Positions 1 through 15,100 of a DNA stretch of 64,000 nt are shown in pieces. Each line of letters opens with the position of its first letter. The first letter of the stretch is position 1. The DNA lies in assembly GCF_009914755.1 (NCBI RefSeq), contig NC_060932.1; one strand, given 5' to 3'. A model generated the notes under the pieces. It worked only from the letters and a program-made list of their open reading frames with translations, did no database searches and was not told where the DNA came from. Source of the DNA: the human T2T-CHM13v2.0 reference genome, Homo sapiens. The position numbers and the translations under genes were made by a program.

Positions 1-936
1 ACCTGAAACTGACAATCAGCAGCTTCCCAAAAAGATCTTAAAAGTTGGGTAAGTGGGCTCAAGCATGCCCATCGATGTGGTTTGGCTGTGTCCCCACCCA
101 AACCTCATTTTGCCTTGTAGCTCCCATAATCTCCACATGTCGTGGGAGGGACCCAGTAATAGGTAATTGAATCATGGCGGTGGGTTTTCACATGCTGTTC
201 ATGATAGTGAATAAGTCTCACGAGAACTGATGGATTTACAAAGGGCAGTTCCCCTGCACACACTCTCTTGCCTGCCACCATGTAAGAGGTGGCTTTGTTC
301 ATCCTTCGCCTTCTGTCATGATTGTGAGGACTCTCCAGACCTACGGAACTGTGCAACAATTAAACCTCTTTTCTTTATAAATTACCCAATCTCAGGTATG
401 TCCTTACAGCAGTGTGAGAACGGACTAATACCAACATTACGAGGCAAAATGGTGCAGTTTAACTGGTATATGACCTTCTAGGGACATTTGACTGGTAAGG
501 GAAAAACGCCTCAAGTAAGCATGCATACAACTCCAGTCAACGCTGTGCATGCAGTCCCTCCCAAGTGCTAGCAGGCCACTGGGTATGTGAACAACCCACT
601 CCAAGGATAAAATCAGGGGAGAAGGATTGCAAGACCATGGAAGTATGCCAATTTATAAAACCCCAAGTCAAAAGGTCAAACTGAACACTTGATCTCTCCA
701 GTTGCCCACGTGGCCCTCTTCCAAGTGTACGTTACTTCGTTTTACTCCTGCTCTAAAGTTTTGTAATAAACTTTCACTCCTGCTCTAAAACTGGTCTCGG
801 TCTCTCCTTCTGCCTTGTGCTGCTCAGATTCTTCCTTCTGAGAAAGCAAAAACTAGGGTTGATGCAGACCCGTGTGGATTCACTGCAGGGAACCTATTTT
901 GGTGCCACAGGACCCACGTATGTTCCGCTCCTAACA
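1..936 (+). mobile_element. ERV1 LTR, MER50-like (5' end outside window), interrupted by a THE1 LTR
   Basis: Characteristic ATAAAACCCCAAGTCAAAAGGTCAAAC and AATAAACTTTCACTCCTGCTCTAAAACT motifs; ends ...CTAACA. Confidence 0.65.
73..432 (+). mobile_element. THE1 (B/C-like) MaLR solo LTR
   Basis: Starts (T/C)GATGTGGTTTGGCTGTGTCCCCACCCAAA, ends GGACTAATAC; about 360 bp. Confidence 0.9.
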
Positions 937-1559
937 GAATCAGGCACTCCGGCTCATGCTAGACCTGGTCCTGGACTGCTTCCCTGGGGTTTGCACCTCC
1001 TCCTTCCTGACCAAGCCCTACTTACCTTGTAAGCACTAGCACATGGGCCACCACATTCACAAATTACCTAGTCTACAATCTGTTTTCACTCTATACCCCA
1101 GAGCGTAGTATACATATTTTTATAAATGAACTTATCTACAGTAGTCTATTTCATCTTTTTAATTTAGCAAAAATCTATTGACTTCTATGAGTGAGGCAAT
1201 AAGCGAGTTTGGGGGAAAAAAGGTACAAGGCCCTCAAAGAATTTATGGTTTAGAATTATTTATATTTCTATTTCACTTTTCCTATTTGATAATAAAAGAG
1301 GCAGTATCAATACATTTCACATTTGTATGTTTCCTAGTGCTTACCACACAGAAGGTAATTAACAAATATTACTTTCAGATTTACTGATCTTATTTTCTTT
1401 AACTTCAGAGCCCACTAACCTAATAAATAACTCCCAAATTATACTACATTTTATAACTTTCCGATGATCATGTCTGAATAAATATCACAACTCCTGAGTC
1501 TCTTCTATCTTCCAAACTCTGAAAACGTTTTCTGCTAGCAGTAAGAGTTAAGAAGTTGA

Positions 1560-2314
<755 letters not shown>

Positions 2315-2689
2315 ATGGCCAGAGACCATCCTGCATTTGATAGTTTTACATATATTGCCAGTGAGTCAAAACGGCGAAGGCATTTTGCACCTGCAAATAT
2401 TGAATTTTTATCCCCAGTGTTTTAAAAAATGCAACAAATTATACTGTGACCATATTTCCAAAAGTCAGAGATTTTCATTTATTGCTGGGAAGACTATAAC
2501 TATAGAACACTATGAATTATCCAGAAATAAGTAACTTATGACTATGAGAACAAGACATGTCTCTTCAGTCTAGCACCAAGAAGTGATCAATGGCAAATGA
2601 AAATACAAAACTTATCTAGGGGTTGATCTACCAGCTCTAAAATTTAACATTGACAAGAGAACACTCATAATACAAGAGAGAGACTGTAT

Positions 2690-3241
2690 CAGCACCTGTA
2701 TCCTTCACAACGTCTATTTTCTCTATCTTCTTTATCAATTAATCCCAATTTTATGAGAACACGAGGATTAGCACCAATGAAAAATACACATGTCTATTGC
2801 AGCTATGGGTAGCCACATGACACAGTTCTTAGAAATGAAATGAAAACAGAAATGTCCTGAGTGGAGCAACTTTTAGTTTGCAGTGAGCCAAGATCGGGCC
2901 ACTGCACTTCTGCCTGGGTGACAGTATCTCAAAAACAAAACAAAACAAAACAAAGACTCTCATCTTTGTCTCTTGCCCTTCCCCTCTTCAATACAGATGT
3001 GATATAGACATGATGCCTAGAGTTGGTGCACCATTTTGCAACCATTAAAGTCACACTCGGGCTGGAGGTTGGGAAACTAGAAGAAGCCCTGGACTTCAGC
3101 CACTTTCTTGATCGGTCGTGTTCGCTTCGCTTTGGGCTACCTAGCTCTTGACTTTGGTCATGTAAGAATGAAGGACTTTGTATGGTTAAGCCACTGTGGT
3201 ACTTTTTCTTTCCTCAGCCAAAAGCAATTCCAACCAACACA
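2690..3241 (+). mobile_element. Old MLT1 (J/K-like) LTR remnant containing a short Alu 3' fragment (about 2877-2955)
   Basis: GCCACATGACACAGTTCT, CCATTTTGCAACCAT and GTTAAGCCACTG motifs; Alu fragment GCAGTGAGCCAAGATC...(CAAAA)n. Confidence 0.5.
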
Positions 3242-3299
3242 ACATCTCTGTTTATTAGTCACAACCAGGCTGGATTTTCTTCCTGTTCAGAAAATGAAT

Positions 3300-4950
3300 A
3301 AAAAATGCAAACAAAGGTTGGAGATTGGAAATTTTTTCTTTAACATTAAAGAACCTAGCTTCAAGAATGGACTTCTTACAGAACACTACAGAAAATGAAA
3401 TTTTAGAAATAGTCTTCTGTTCACAATAAAATTCATAGTGTAGACCTGTGAAATAAGAGCTAACGAATGAGATAACATACTGACATGAAGAGAAATGTGG
3501 TTAGGAGGTGATATGGTTTGGCTGTGTCTCCTCCCAAATCTCATCTTGAATTGTAGTTCCCATATTCCCCATGTGTCATGGGAGGGACCTGGTGGGAGGT
3601 AGCTGAATCATGGAGCAGTTACTTCCATGCTGTTGTTGTGATAGTGAGTGAGTTCTCATGAGATCTGATGGTTTTACAAGGGGCGTTACCCCTTTTTCGC
3701 TCTGCACTCCTCCTTGCTGCCACTATGTGAAGAAGGATATGTTTGCTTCTTTTTCTGCCATGATTGTAAGTTTCCTGAGGCCTCCCCAGACATGCTGAAC
3801 TGTGTGCGTTAATTAAACAAACCTCTTTCCTTTAAAAATTACCCAGTCTCAAGTATGTCTTTTTAGCAGTGTGAGAATGGACTAATACAGGAGGTGAGTT
3901 GAAATAAAAAGGAAATAAATTAAAAGTAAAATGGTAAAATTAGTATCTTCACGAAATTAGAATTACTCAAAATTAGATTCACTGAAGAACAAAGCTAACA
4001 CTGCTGAAAATTGAATAGTAATGTGTACATTTGAGCAGCTGCCTCCCATATATGAGAAATGTGCAGAGATTAAAATGATGACAGAAGAAAAAGTAGACAT
4101 GGTTGACAGCGAAATGATATGTAACATAATATGCATTCATGAAAAGAAACAGTTTTAACAGAAATTTAATAAATCTGAATTATAACAGGAGAATATACTC
4201 CTACGCGAAAGAAAGGCTTGAGTCTATGGATGTGATTAACAGGAAACATTAATGACAACAGTAGCCTGAAATGATCCTGTTGAAATTCATAAATTCAAGG
4301 GTAAAGAAAAAAGCCAATGATTTGTTTTCAACTAGGCAGAAAAGTTTGCTGATAAAGAAAAAGATCTGACTAATGTCAGACTCCTCCATAGCAAGAAATT
4401 CCAAGAAGCAATTGGCAACATCCACAGAGTTTGAGGTAGCAAAAATTATAAACCAAGAAATCGATACATAACATGTTTCTTATACACAAAGGTTAAAGGA
4501 AAACATCCAATATGCAATAACTCAAATATATATTAATTCTATTTTTGAATATGAAAAATTTAAACATCAAATTTTAACCACTTAAAGGATAAATCAAAAG
4601 AATTAAATAATAAAGGCAGACCCAACAAAACTTCCTAATTATCAAACACATGCACAGAAATTTCAACACATACTTAATCATCATTACGTTATTTCTAACA
4701 AGTAAAAATTGGAAACATCCAAATGTTCAGATACACAAAATTAACTAAATGGATTATAGTACCGTAAATGATGGACTAAGATATAGCTGTTTAAAACCAC
4801 ATTCACAAAACAGTGAAAAATATAGAGAGTCATCACAACACATTACTAAATAAAATAACAATAGCAATATATGCAGAGAGATTTTGTTACAAAAACACAT
4901 GTATTTGGGTAGAAAAATATTAAATAAAATACAACAAAATGCTTACTCTG
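3300..4950 (+). mobile_element. Highly diverged L1M/HAL1-type remnant
   Basis: A-rich strand with ORF1-region-like phrases (e.g. GACTAATGTCAGACTCCTCCATAGCAA); boundaries approximate. Confidence 0.4.
3509..3889 (+). mobile_element. THE1D-like solo LTR
   Basis: TGATATGGTTTGG...GACTAATACA flanked by 5-bp TSD GGAGG (3504-3508, 3890-3894). Confidence 0.92.
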
Positions 4951-6548
4951 GCTTAAGATACGCTGATGTATTTTCTTCCAAATTTTCTGTCTTTTCTCTA
5001 CCTAAATAAAAATAATACTTTTAATTTCCTCTCTCCCTTTTGGATGGATTTATAGTATATCAGCCCTAGTGCCTTCCTTGTGGCTCTGAAAGCTTCTCTC
5101 CACATGATTTTAGTAATGTTTGGAGTTTAGAAAGAATTTAGAATGTCATATTACTTATTAGGTACAATGATTATGTTATAATCTGTTTTATTACAACTGA
5201 CAAATTCACAAATCAAATTTGCCATTTTGCCTATAAGAAGAAAATATTGGGCAATATATGTTTTCATAACGTTCCTTAAAAACCAAAACTTCAGAATGTG
5301 AGCATCTGTTTTCAATATGCACACTATTCAGTAGTGCTTTTAGTTTTTAATGTAAAGCCATAAATATTTTGGAACTGTAAATTTGCCTCCAGTCTTTTAT
5401 CATCTCACTTTAGCTTTCCAGTTTTGCTGAATTTTACTTAACTGATTTACATCTTTTTTATACCTAATATAGACTCATTTTTAAGAAATATATAGTAGAA
5501 ATGATAGACATTTTTCAGTAAGCATTGCACTTTTCTAGAATACACAGAGCTATAGGTTTAACTGAAGACAAAAATATCATTTTATTTTTGTTCAGATGTT
5601 TTCTACAGTGATAAAAATTTTCATGGTGAAGCTCAGCACAGTACTAGCCTTTGGCAGTTAACTAGGGAGATGAGGCTGTCAGCTCAAAGAATTATAGGAA
5701 CTTGAAAAAATAGATTGTTTATGTTATCATCTGGAGGTTAGTTTATGGGCTCCTGAGTCCTTAACAACCCCAAGACACGTAGAAATTCACAGTGAGAGCC
5801 TCAAGCAGACTCAGGTATCACTGATTGTTGGTTCCACCTTTGCTTCCCGATTTGCCATGGGGTTTGCCCAGGAGTTGGTGAGAATCTTTTGACTAAAGCC
5901 AAGATGAAGCATCCAGAGTTTGACATTCTAATTCCTGCTCTGCCCCTGGCTTGCTAACGATCTCTGATAAGACAGTTATCTTGTCTGTGCCTAAAGCAGC
6001 CTGCAAAGTGAGAATAATATTTGATCCGAAATCTCTAGGACGCTATGATGGTTAACTAATACTTTACTGTGAAGCCAAAAAGAAGTGTAGCTATGCTTGA
6101 AGTTCTCAGTATATTCAAATAAACTTTTTAAAATCCTAGGTATCATGACTTTCTCATACTCAGTTACCCACAGTAAAAATGAGGAGGAAATAAATCAAAG
6201 AGGAACAGAGTCCTTAATAAGCAGAACCACATGTTAATATTCTAGATCAACAAATTCCTACTAAACCTTATTGTATAAAAGTTATTTCACTTCATCCATG
6301 GGTAAGCTTGCTTTCATTTGATCAGATGTAAAATTTATTTTAATTTTATACAAATTTAACACACTAACATTTGCATTAGTTTGTGATATTTTTTGGTATC
6401 AACTTTGTTGTTGCAGTAGCTTAATCTTGAATGGGACAATGAATTAATTAATATAATTCTATAACCTTACCATGGTATCCCTTTATTCTAAAGTAGCCCC
6501 CTTATCAGTTGTTATATTGATGTAGTTCCTCAATCAACAATTGTTCTT

Positions 6549-6867
6549 GGCTGGGCACAGTGGCTCATGCCTGTAATCCCAGCACTTTGGGAGGCCAAGG
6601 CAGGCAAATCACTTGAGTCCAGGAGTTCAAGACCAGGCTGGGCAACATGGCAAAATTTCATGTTATCTACTAAGCATACAGAAACTAGCCAGTATGCTGG
6701 TGCGTGCCTGCAATCCCAGCTACTCAGGAAGCTGAGATGAGAGGATCCCTTGAGCACAGGAGGTTGAGGCTACAGTGAGCAGTGATTGTGCCACTGCACT
6801 CCAGCCTCGGCAACAGAGTGAGAATATGTCTCTAAATAAAGAAAATTAAAAACAAAAACAAAACAAA
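6549..6867 (+). mobile_element. AluJ
   Basis: GGCTGGGCACAGTGG start, J-type GAGGATCCCTTGAGC..AGGAGGTTGAGGCTACAGTGAGC, A-rich tail, TSD-like AATTGT(T/C)CTT. Confidence 0.93.
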
Positions 6868-7431
6868 ATTGTCCTTCTAAAGAAGTCATATACTATTAAG
6901 AATATATATTCCCCTATGTATTTTTTCTTTAGTTTCTCATAGAAACATAGTCAGCTGTACATTACATTACAGCAAATACCATAGCTGACAAAAAAAAATA
7001 AAGTACACAAACACAGAATCAGAATACTATATTTTCATTGACAACTTAGCATAGAGAGGTTTAATTTCTTTATTTGAAATTGAGGATAATAAGAATAGTT
7101 ATCACATAGAATTGTAACAAATATTAAAAGCGCTAATCTTTCAAAGTTATTTATTACCACAATGTCTACCAGACAATAAGTAATCAATAAATGTTATCAA
7201 TTACTATTATTCTATTTCAAGAATACACAGCAGACTAGTCGTGCTTAAGTTCTGGCTCTTTAATAAGTAAAATTCAAATTTTTCTCTAATAAGTAAAATT
7301 CAAAATTATTTGTATTTTCAACTACTTTAGAAAACTAATGATATAATATTTCTAAATTCCTTGATTTAATTTGAAAACAAATTTTTAAAAGACAGTTATC
7401 TACAATATTTTGATTACTATTAATATTATTT

Positions 7432-7694
7432 TCTTTTTTTAAGAAGGAGTCTCCTTCTGTCGTCCAGGCTGGAGTGCAGTGGCATGATCTCGGCTCACTG
7501 CAACCTCCGTGATTCTCCTGCCTCAGCCTCCCAAGTAAGTACCTGAGACTACAGGCGTCCACAACCATGCCCGGCTAATGCTCATATTTTTAGTGGAGAT
7601 GGGGTTTTGCCATGTTGGCCAGGCTGGTCTCAAACTCCTGACCTCGCGATCCACCCACCTCGGCCTCCCAAAGTGCTGGGATTACAGGCATGAC
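7432..7694 (-). mobile_element. AluS with small internal deletion
   Basis: Antisense Alu body; GCAACCTCCG joined directly to TGATTCTCC. Confidence 0.9.
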
Positions 7695-8374
7695 CCATCT
7701 TGTTCAATGTTCATTTTTGTATACAGATTCTATGATATGGGGATACAACGACCTCAAATACATTGTTATTCCCTACAGGAAATATACATCTGGGTTTGTC
7801 TGTTACTGTGCCTAGCACATAATGAACACTCAATACATAATATCTACTATTATTAATTCTTTAATATTTAAACAGATATCATAAACTGCCTAGTGTAATT
7901 AAGTGCCAAATACATATTACAGATGGTGAGAGAGATGATCTACAGAGATTCGTTCAAGGAAGACTTTGGGCAGAATTAAATTTGAGCTCTTCCTCATTTA
8001 ATAGGCAGGAAGGATTCTGTGCATTATTTTGTGCTATATTACACTATTTTACATCATATTGTATTATGTATATATTGTATTATATATAAACATACATGCC
8101 ATAGTGACATAATCTATACAATAATTATCTCAAGACCTGCCCCCACGTTTACCACTATTTTTTAAATTCAGAAAAAACATAAAAATATAAAAATTTAAGA
8201 CATAAACACACACGCAATTTCTCAGCAGTGCAAAAACAAAAGCAATTAGATAATAAGTAGGTCTTCTGTACATTTCACAAGAAAAGAAAGATAAAAATCT
8301 AGGGCAGAGCAAATTGTCAAGAAGGAGAGGACAACTAAACTGGCAACAGAACTTGGATACCACCTGTTACTCAC

Positions 8375-8798
8375 TGCTATAGTTTGGATGTTTGTCCCTG
8401 TAAACCTCAAGTTGATATTTGATCCCCAATGTTGGAGACAGAGTCTAATGGGAGGTGCTTGAGTGATGGGGGAGGATCCCTCCTGAATAGACTGATCTCC
8501 CCCACCTAGATCAGGCAGGGATGAGTAATTTCTTGCTCTATTAGTTCCCTCCAGAGCTGGTTGTTAAAAATAGCCTGGCACCTCCCCTACCCCTCTCTGG
8601 CTTCCTCTCTTGCCATGTAATCCCTGCACAGCTTGCTTCCTTTTGCACTCTGCCTTGAGTGAAAGCAGCCCACCTTCAGGCTTTCACCAGATGCCCAATA
8701 GTCCAGCCAGCAGAATTGCGAGCCAAATAAATCTCTTTTCTTTATAAATTCCCCAGCCTCTGGTATTCCTTTATAGCACCACTAAGCAGACTAAGACA
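8375..8798 (+). mobile_element. MSTB-family MaLR solo LTR
   Basis: TGCTATAGTTTGGATGTTTGTCCC...GACTAAGACA with TSD CTCAC (8370-8374, 8799-8803). Confidence 0.9.
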
Positions 8799-9133
8799 CT
8801 CACACTGTGTTTTCTTGTCTTGGTCTTCTGCGCTTGACTCAAGAAAATGGAAAGAGCTACTCAAACATGTTGAGAGATCACTCCCAAACCCAGCCTTCAT
8901 TTCTTCCATACCTGAATATTATTTCCTTAAACACTGAAACTGCCTTGTCCCACCCGAACACTGTTCAAGTGAAAACAAATTACAACCTTGTTCCAGGCAC
9001 CACCTCATATACCATCTCTACGATGATATTTAATTCAACAACATTTTTGAACACTTAATATTTAAAAAGTGTTGAAGAAACATACCTAAGAGACCGATGA
9101 CCATGACTTTAAGAAAGAGAGACGGAAAGAAGT

Positions 9134-9332
9134 ATAAGTAGGTCTTCTGTATGTTTCACAAGAAAAGAAAGATAAAAATCTAGGGCAGGGCAAATTGTCA
9201 AGGAGAGGACAACTAAACTGGCAATAGAAACCTGGATACCACCTGTTACTCACTGCTATAGTTTGGATGTTTGTCCCTGTAAACCTCACATTGATATTTG
9301 ATCACCAATGTTGGAGATGGAGCCTAATGGGA
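9134..9332 (+). repeat. Local ~200-bp duplicate of 8253-8453 (unique flank plus first ~80 bp of the MSTB LTR)
   Basis: Direct alignment ATAAGTAGGTCTTCTGTA...CTAATGGGA; the supplied ORFs 8130..8363 and 9086..9289 share CQFSCPLL/PRFLSFFSCE/YRRPTY. Confidence 0.95.
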
Positions 9333-10899
9333 CTAAGCATCTTAAAATCTGTGATGGGAGGAGAACACAGTCCAGGAAGGACCATGTATCTATAAGTAAT
9401 GCCCATGTATTTTTTGACCTGTAAAGGGAATGAGTACCAAAATAGATACAGGAAATAACTTTCACCCTGAACGACCTTTCTACTGGGGAGAAGATACTTT
9501 CAAATATTTAACAGAGTACAAAACAAAAGATGATGTATGCAACATCCCTTAATTTCTAGGAAGCATGGAGGCCTTGTATGGCTCTGCATCCCAGCATATA
9601 ACAGTGTTCAGAGATTGGAATGCATTAGTTATTCAGTGCATATTTTTTGAATGAATGAGTAAAAAGTATAGTTAGTAGAAGGAGGAAAGAAAAATATTCC
9701 CTTCAACTATTCATTTCATCAAGCCTTTCTTGAATTCCTATGTTTACAGTTCAGGGTCAGATTATTTGGGGATACACAGATTAATCAAAAAAGAATCCTA
9801 CCTTTACAATGTCAAATTTAGCGGTCATAGTCGCTAAACGAAGTGAAAATTTGCAGGACCAAACAATATTTAGTTGACAAGGAAAAAGGGAAGAAAAGAC
9901 AAGTACACCTTTGAAGACTGCCCACAGCTCTAGGTGAGCCTCTATACCAGCTCTTCAGAAACCATTCTGGAGCTCCAAGAGCAAGACTATCATGTCTCCA
10001 ATAAGATGAGGAAACAGTCTAACAGAACTGAATCATTACATAGAAATTCTATGACGAGCTGCTCACATTAATGTTGATGCAATTGAATGAAATGGAATGT
10101 AAACTATGAAAAATTTTCATAAATAATAAAGATAAATAAATGTTTTTAAAAACCTGAAGAACCAACTCTGTATAGGACAAACATTTTCCTCTACCTAAAA
10201 ATAAAAATATTCCATTTCAAGATGGCAGACTTTATACCTGTGCTTCTGTCTCTTCCTTCTGCATTCTTGATAAAATCACGATAGGAGCACAACAAAGCTA
10301 TAATTTAAGAACAATAAAGAGAAAGGAATGGCATAATTCAACCAAGTTCCAGAAGACTGAAAGTATTTCATGCAGGAGTCAGAAAAAAAGCAGTATCCTA
10401 TAGCAATGGAGACCACCAGCCTGCTCATCGGAAACCTCAGAAAGATCTGGGCATCAGCTACATGATCTAACAGACCATGACAGTAAGAAACTGAGCATGA
10501 GAGCCTGGGTTAAAGGTCTCTATAAAAGATTTTTAACCAATACTGACTTAAATTTATTGCATGCAGAGTGCCAGGAGCCAAACATTCATACTCCAGGGAG
10601 AAATAAACAGCCTTTGCTAATAATTATATAAGAGTAGAATGAATTATCTGCAGACATCTAGGACAGCTAGAACTAGTATTGACACTCATTGAGGTCCTCT
10701 GCACTTTGGCATTAGTGCTCTGGAATTCAGACCAGCTCCCAGTCTACTCTCACTAGAACAAAGCCTGGCCGACCACTAGCCCCACCCACATACCCAGAAA
10801 TCCCCGTCAGGCTCTCTACTGAGTCTCCCTTTCTATGGACGAAATAAATCCCATTGTTGCAAGTACCACAGTTACGCTGGTATCACCAAAATCCATGTC

Positions 10900-12090
10900 A
10901 CAATGCCTGTTTCATATGCTTCTCAAAACTCAAAAAGCAAAGAACTTTTACCACCCACCGAATCTCTTCCCCACTCTATTCTATTTTAGTAAATAAAATG
11001 GCAAAACCAGCCACTCAACTGCTCAAGCCAAAACCAGTGAGTTTTTCCTCATTCCAAAGGCAAGTTCTGTCAACTCTGACCCCAAAATCTATCCCACACC
11101 AAGCCAACTTTCCTTGCTCCACTGAAACCACTAAAATTCAAACCAATGTAATTTTTTACCTAGATTCCCACAACTAACTTCCCTACCACTATCCCTGGCT
11201 TTCATTCTGATTTTCTACAATGGAGTGTCTGTTGAGAAGCCAGAGTTTTCTTTTTAAAATGTAAATTAAAACTTGTTAGGCCAGGCGCAGTAGTTCAAGT
11301 CTGTAATCCCAGAACTTTAGGAGGCTGAGGCAGGAGGATCATTTGAGGCCAGGAATTTGAGACCAGCCTGGGCAACAGAGTAAGACCCAGTCTACACAAA
11401 AAATAAAAATGAAAATAAAGTAGCAAGGTGTGATGGCCATGTCTTTACTCCCAGCTACTTAGGAGGCTGAGATGGGGGATCACTTGAGCCCAGGAGTTCA
11501 AGGCTGCACTGAGCCATGTTAGCACCACTTTACTCCAGCTTGGGTGATAGAGTGAGGCCTCATCTCTAAAACTAAAAAAAAAAAATTGTCATGCCCCTGG
11601 AGTCCATCCAACAGAATTTTTCTTTGTCACTCGAAATGAAACCCAAATCCTTTCCCAAAGCCATAGGTGTTACTGTCCCTGCCACCTTCCCTTACTTCAT
11701 CTCAGGTCATTGTCCTCTTTCTCACACTACTATAAACACGTTAGTCTTGGGTTCATTAGAGATTTCCGAAGACTACTCCAACCTCACGACATTTGGAAGT
11801 GTTCTTCTTTCTGCCCGGTATTTTTTCATTTGGGTCTCGGTTTCCTTAGAGAAGTCTTTCCTGACTGCCCAGACTCTCTATCCCATGGAAAACTCCCATA
11901 GTTGCAATTGCCTTTATGTTACAGCTATATATACTTAGTATGCTTATTTTTATTTGCATACTAATACTCATATATTATCATTCTCTTGCTCAAGGATACA
12001 AGTTCCAGGAGCACGGTTGTCTCTTTTGTTTACCACAGTGTCTGTACTGATACACAATGAGAGCTAAAAAGTCTTTGCTGAATAATTATT
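10900..12090 (+). mobile_element. L2 remnant (interrupted by AluJ)
   Basis: Pyrimidine-rich L2 3' phrases (GCTCAAGCCAAAACC, GCCAGAGTTTTCTTTTTAAAATGTAAAT, AAACCCAAATCCTT). Confidence 0.6.
11279..11585 (+). mobile_element. AluJ
   Basis: GGCCAGGCGCAG start, GATCACTTGAGCCCAGGAGTTCAAGGCTGCA, poly(A). Confidence 0.93.
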
Positions 12091-12477
12091 TGAATATGTC
12101 ATAAAGTGGGGGGAAAAAACTCCAATATAAACAAAAGTAAAAACAACCCTAGAAAAAAAAAAAAAGAACTACCAAACTAATTGCCTAGCAAAACCATGAC
12201 TTTTAGAGTATTGTCATTATTTACTCAGGGGATTTTGAGAATAAAATGGAATCATCAGAAAGCAAAGTTCGCAGAAATGGGAAAGATAATTTCAAAACTA
12301 TTAATTTAATAGCGTTAGAAGGTAAAATCAAGGCACCATGGAAATGTGCTATCAAAAAATAAGAGATAGAAAATAAGAAAGAAAAGATAAAGGACACAGA
12401 CAATTTCTCCAGGAGGTACGAGATTCAATGAATGGAAATTCCCAAAAGAGAAACAGAGAAAATGGAGAGAAAGGAAG

Positions 12478-12875
12478 CATATTAGTGAGTTCAGGCTGCC
12501 ATAACAGAATCCCACAGTTATGGGATTTATTTGAACAACAGAAATTTGTTTTTTCGCAGCTCTGGAGGCTTGAAACCCAAGATATAGATGCCAGTAGGTT
12601 TGGTTTCTGGTGAGGCCTCTTATCCTGACTTGCAGATGGCTACCTTCACACTCTGTCTTCACATGGCCTTTCTCTATATGTCCACAGAGAGGGAGAACAA
12701 GCTATGATGTCTCTGCTTATATCAGGACACCAATCCTATTAGATTAGGGCCCCACCCTTATGACCTCATTTAATCTTATTTATCTCAATAAAGGCCTTAT
12801 CTCTAAATATAGTCAGAGAAGGGGTTATGGCTTCACCATATGACTTTGAAGGAGACAACACTTCAGTCCATAACA
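12478..12875 (-). mobile_element. MLT1B-like solo LTR
   Basis: GGCTGCCATAACAGAAT...CAGTCCATAACA with TSD GGAAG (12473-12477, 12876-12880). Confidence 0.88.
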
Positions 12876-13591
12876 GGAAGTGAAACATTTTTTAATGCAT
12901 GCAAGAAATTTAACAAAAGTTAAAAAGAGACATAAATTTTAAAATTTAAACAACTTAGCAAATGCCATGTAGGTTTTTTTTAAGTTCTACATCTCATAGT
13001 AAAATTTAAGAACAGGATAAGGAGAATATGTTCTCATCTTCCATAAGACATTGAGTAGGAAGTTAAAACAAGTCACATACAAAGGAACAAGAATTATACT
13101 TAAATTTAACGTTTAAGTATAATCACTGGGTATCATAAGACAATGAAGAAAAAATTCATTTTCAACCTAAAATTGTCTACCCAGCTAAAATTATAAATTA
13201 TACAGGTAAAGTAATATTTCATTTTCAGGTATAACAAGGGCACCTAAATTTTACATTTTACACACTTTACTTAGAAAGTCGGTTGAGGATACCACCCAGC
13301 CAAGTGAGGAGCAAACCAAACAGTATCAGGAAAAGAAAGATCAGTAGTGAAGTCAAAGCAAAAGACAATAAAGGGGAGAACATTAACAGTGGTGCAGCAG
13401 GTGGATAGAAATCAATCCATACAGGAAGAACAGAAGAAAAGAAGACTTCAGAAGAGAGGTCCTAGGGTTAAAGGGGAGTGCCATAGATGAGACAGGTTAG
13501 AAGAGATTAAAAATTAGAAAAGAGATAGAATGAACTTTTAAAGGCACAAGAATTAGAAATTTCAGGGAAAAATTAACAAAGTTTAAAACTG

Positions 13592-13900
<309 letters not shown>

Positions 13901-14039
13901 CAAACTGTATGAGAGAACATATGATTAAGGCATAATATTTAATTCCACAGAGAACAATTTTCATGAGTTCACAGTATTACAAATAAAAATAAAATTAAGA
14001 TAAAATATTTTATAAATAAAGTTCAAAGGTATGCAGAGA

Positions 14040-15100
14040 CTAGGAGAATAATACATGCAACACGCAGAAAAAAGAATTTATGCCCAAGGAACAAATACAG
14101 ATCTAGATATAAATGACAAACAACTCAATAGAAAAATAGGAAGGGCATAATGAGGTAATTTATGAAGAGGAAATGCCAGCAAACATTTGAAAAGTTGCTC
14201 ATTCTCACTTCCAGCCTAAGAAATGCAAATCAAACTAGCTAGGAGAGATCTTCTTTTTATCCATAATATTAGCAAAAATAAAATTTTATAACATCTAGAA
14301 CTGGCCAATAGACGTGGAAATGGGCGCTCACATGCAATGTTGATGCAAGAATGAAGTATTATGAGCTTTCAATCCAATAGTATCTGCCAATAAGTAAATG
14401 CACATACCCTCTGCCCCAGTAATTCCCCTTTTAGAGTTAATTCAACGGATATAAAAGCATTAGTATATAAGAATATCTGTACATTACTATCTACTAAAGC
14501 AAAAAAGTATATAGTATACAGTAACAGAAACAAGACCATTACCCAAAAATCCATACTCTGTCTCAAAAAAAGTATAATTGAATATAGCCTATCTATCTAT
14601 AAAATAGACTATTAAGCAGCTATTTTTAAAAAATGAGTTAGATGAGTGGTTTGAAAGGGTATTTATTACAGATTATTAAATTGAAGAAAGCAAATTTTTA
14701 AAAGATAAATTCGAAGGAGCAAATTTCAAACAAGCAAATGACAGAATTTAATTTGTAAAACTTAAAAATAAATTTTTGAAATTCAAAGAAGCATATGGAG
14801 TAGGACCCTAATTTTGACAGAAATAGAAAAGCATATGTGTAAGTTTACATACATCTGTATGCTATGTGTGTGTTTATGTGTGCATATATATATTAATATG
14901 TATTAGTAAGCATATTTAATAGCACATAGAAAAATGTGGAAATATGTACATGAAACTATCAGCAATAGTAACCTTGAGGCTGGGGAGACAAAAAGAAATT
15001 CTTTATACACCTCTGTAGTTTCCTCTAATTACAAGAAAAGTATAATTATTCTATTTTTAAATTTTAATCAAATTAAATAAAAATAAAAAGATAAGCAAAA
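14040..15100 (+). mobile_element. Old L1M 3' remnant
   Basis: CAACTCAATAGAAAAATAGG, GAAATGCAAATCAAA, CCCAGTAATTCCCCTTTTAG phrases typical of the L1 ORF2 end/3'UTR. Confidence 0.6.

Noticed and set aside
7261-7304. Short direct repeat TAATAAGTAAAATTCAAA x2 (similar small stutters near 38051 and 54121)
   Set aside because: Ordinary slippage duplications in AT-rich DNA.
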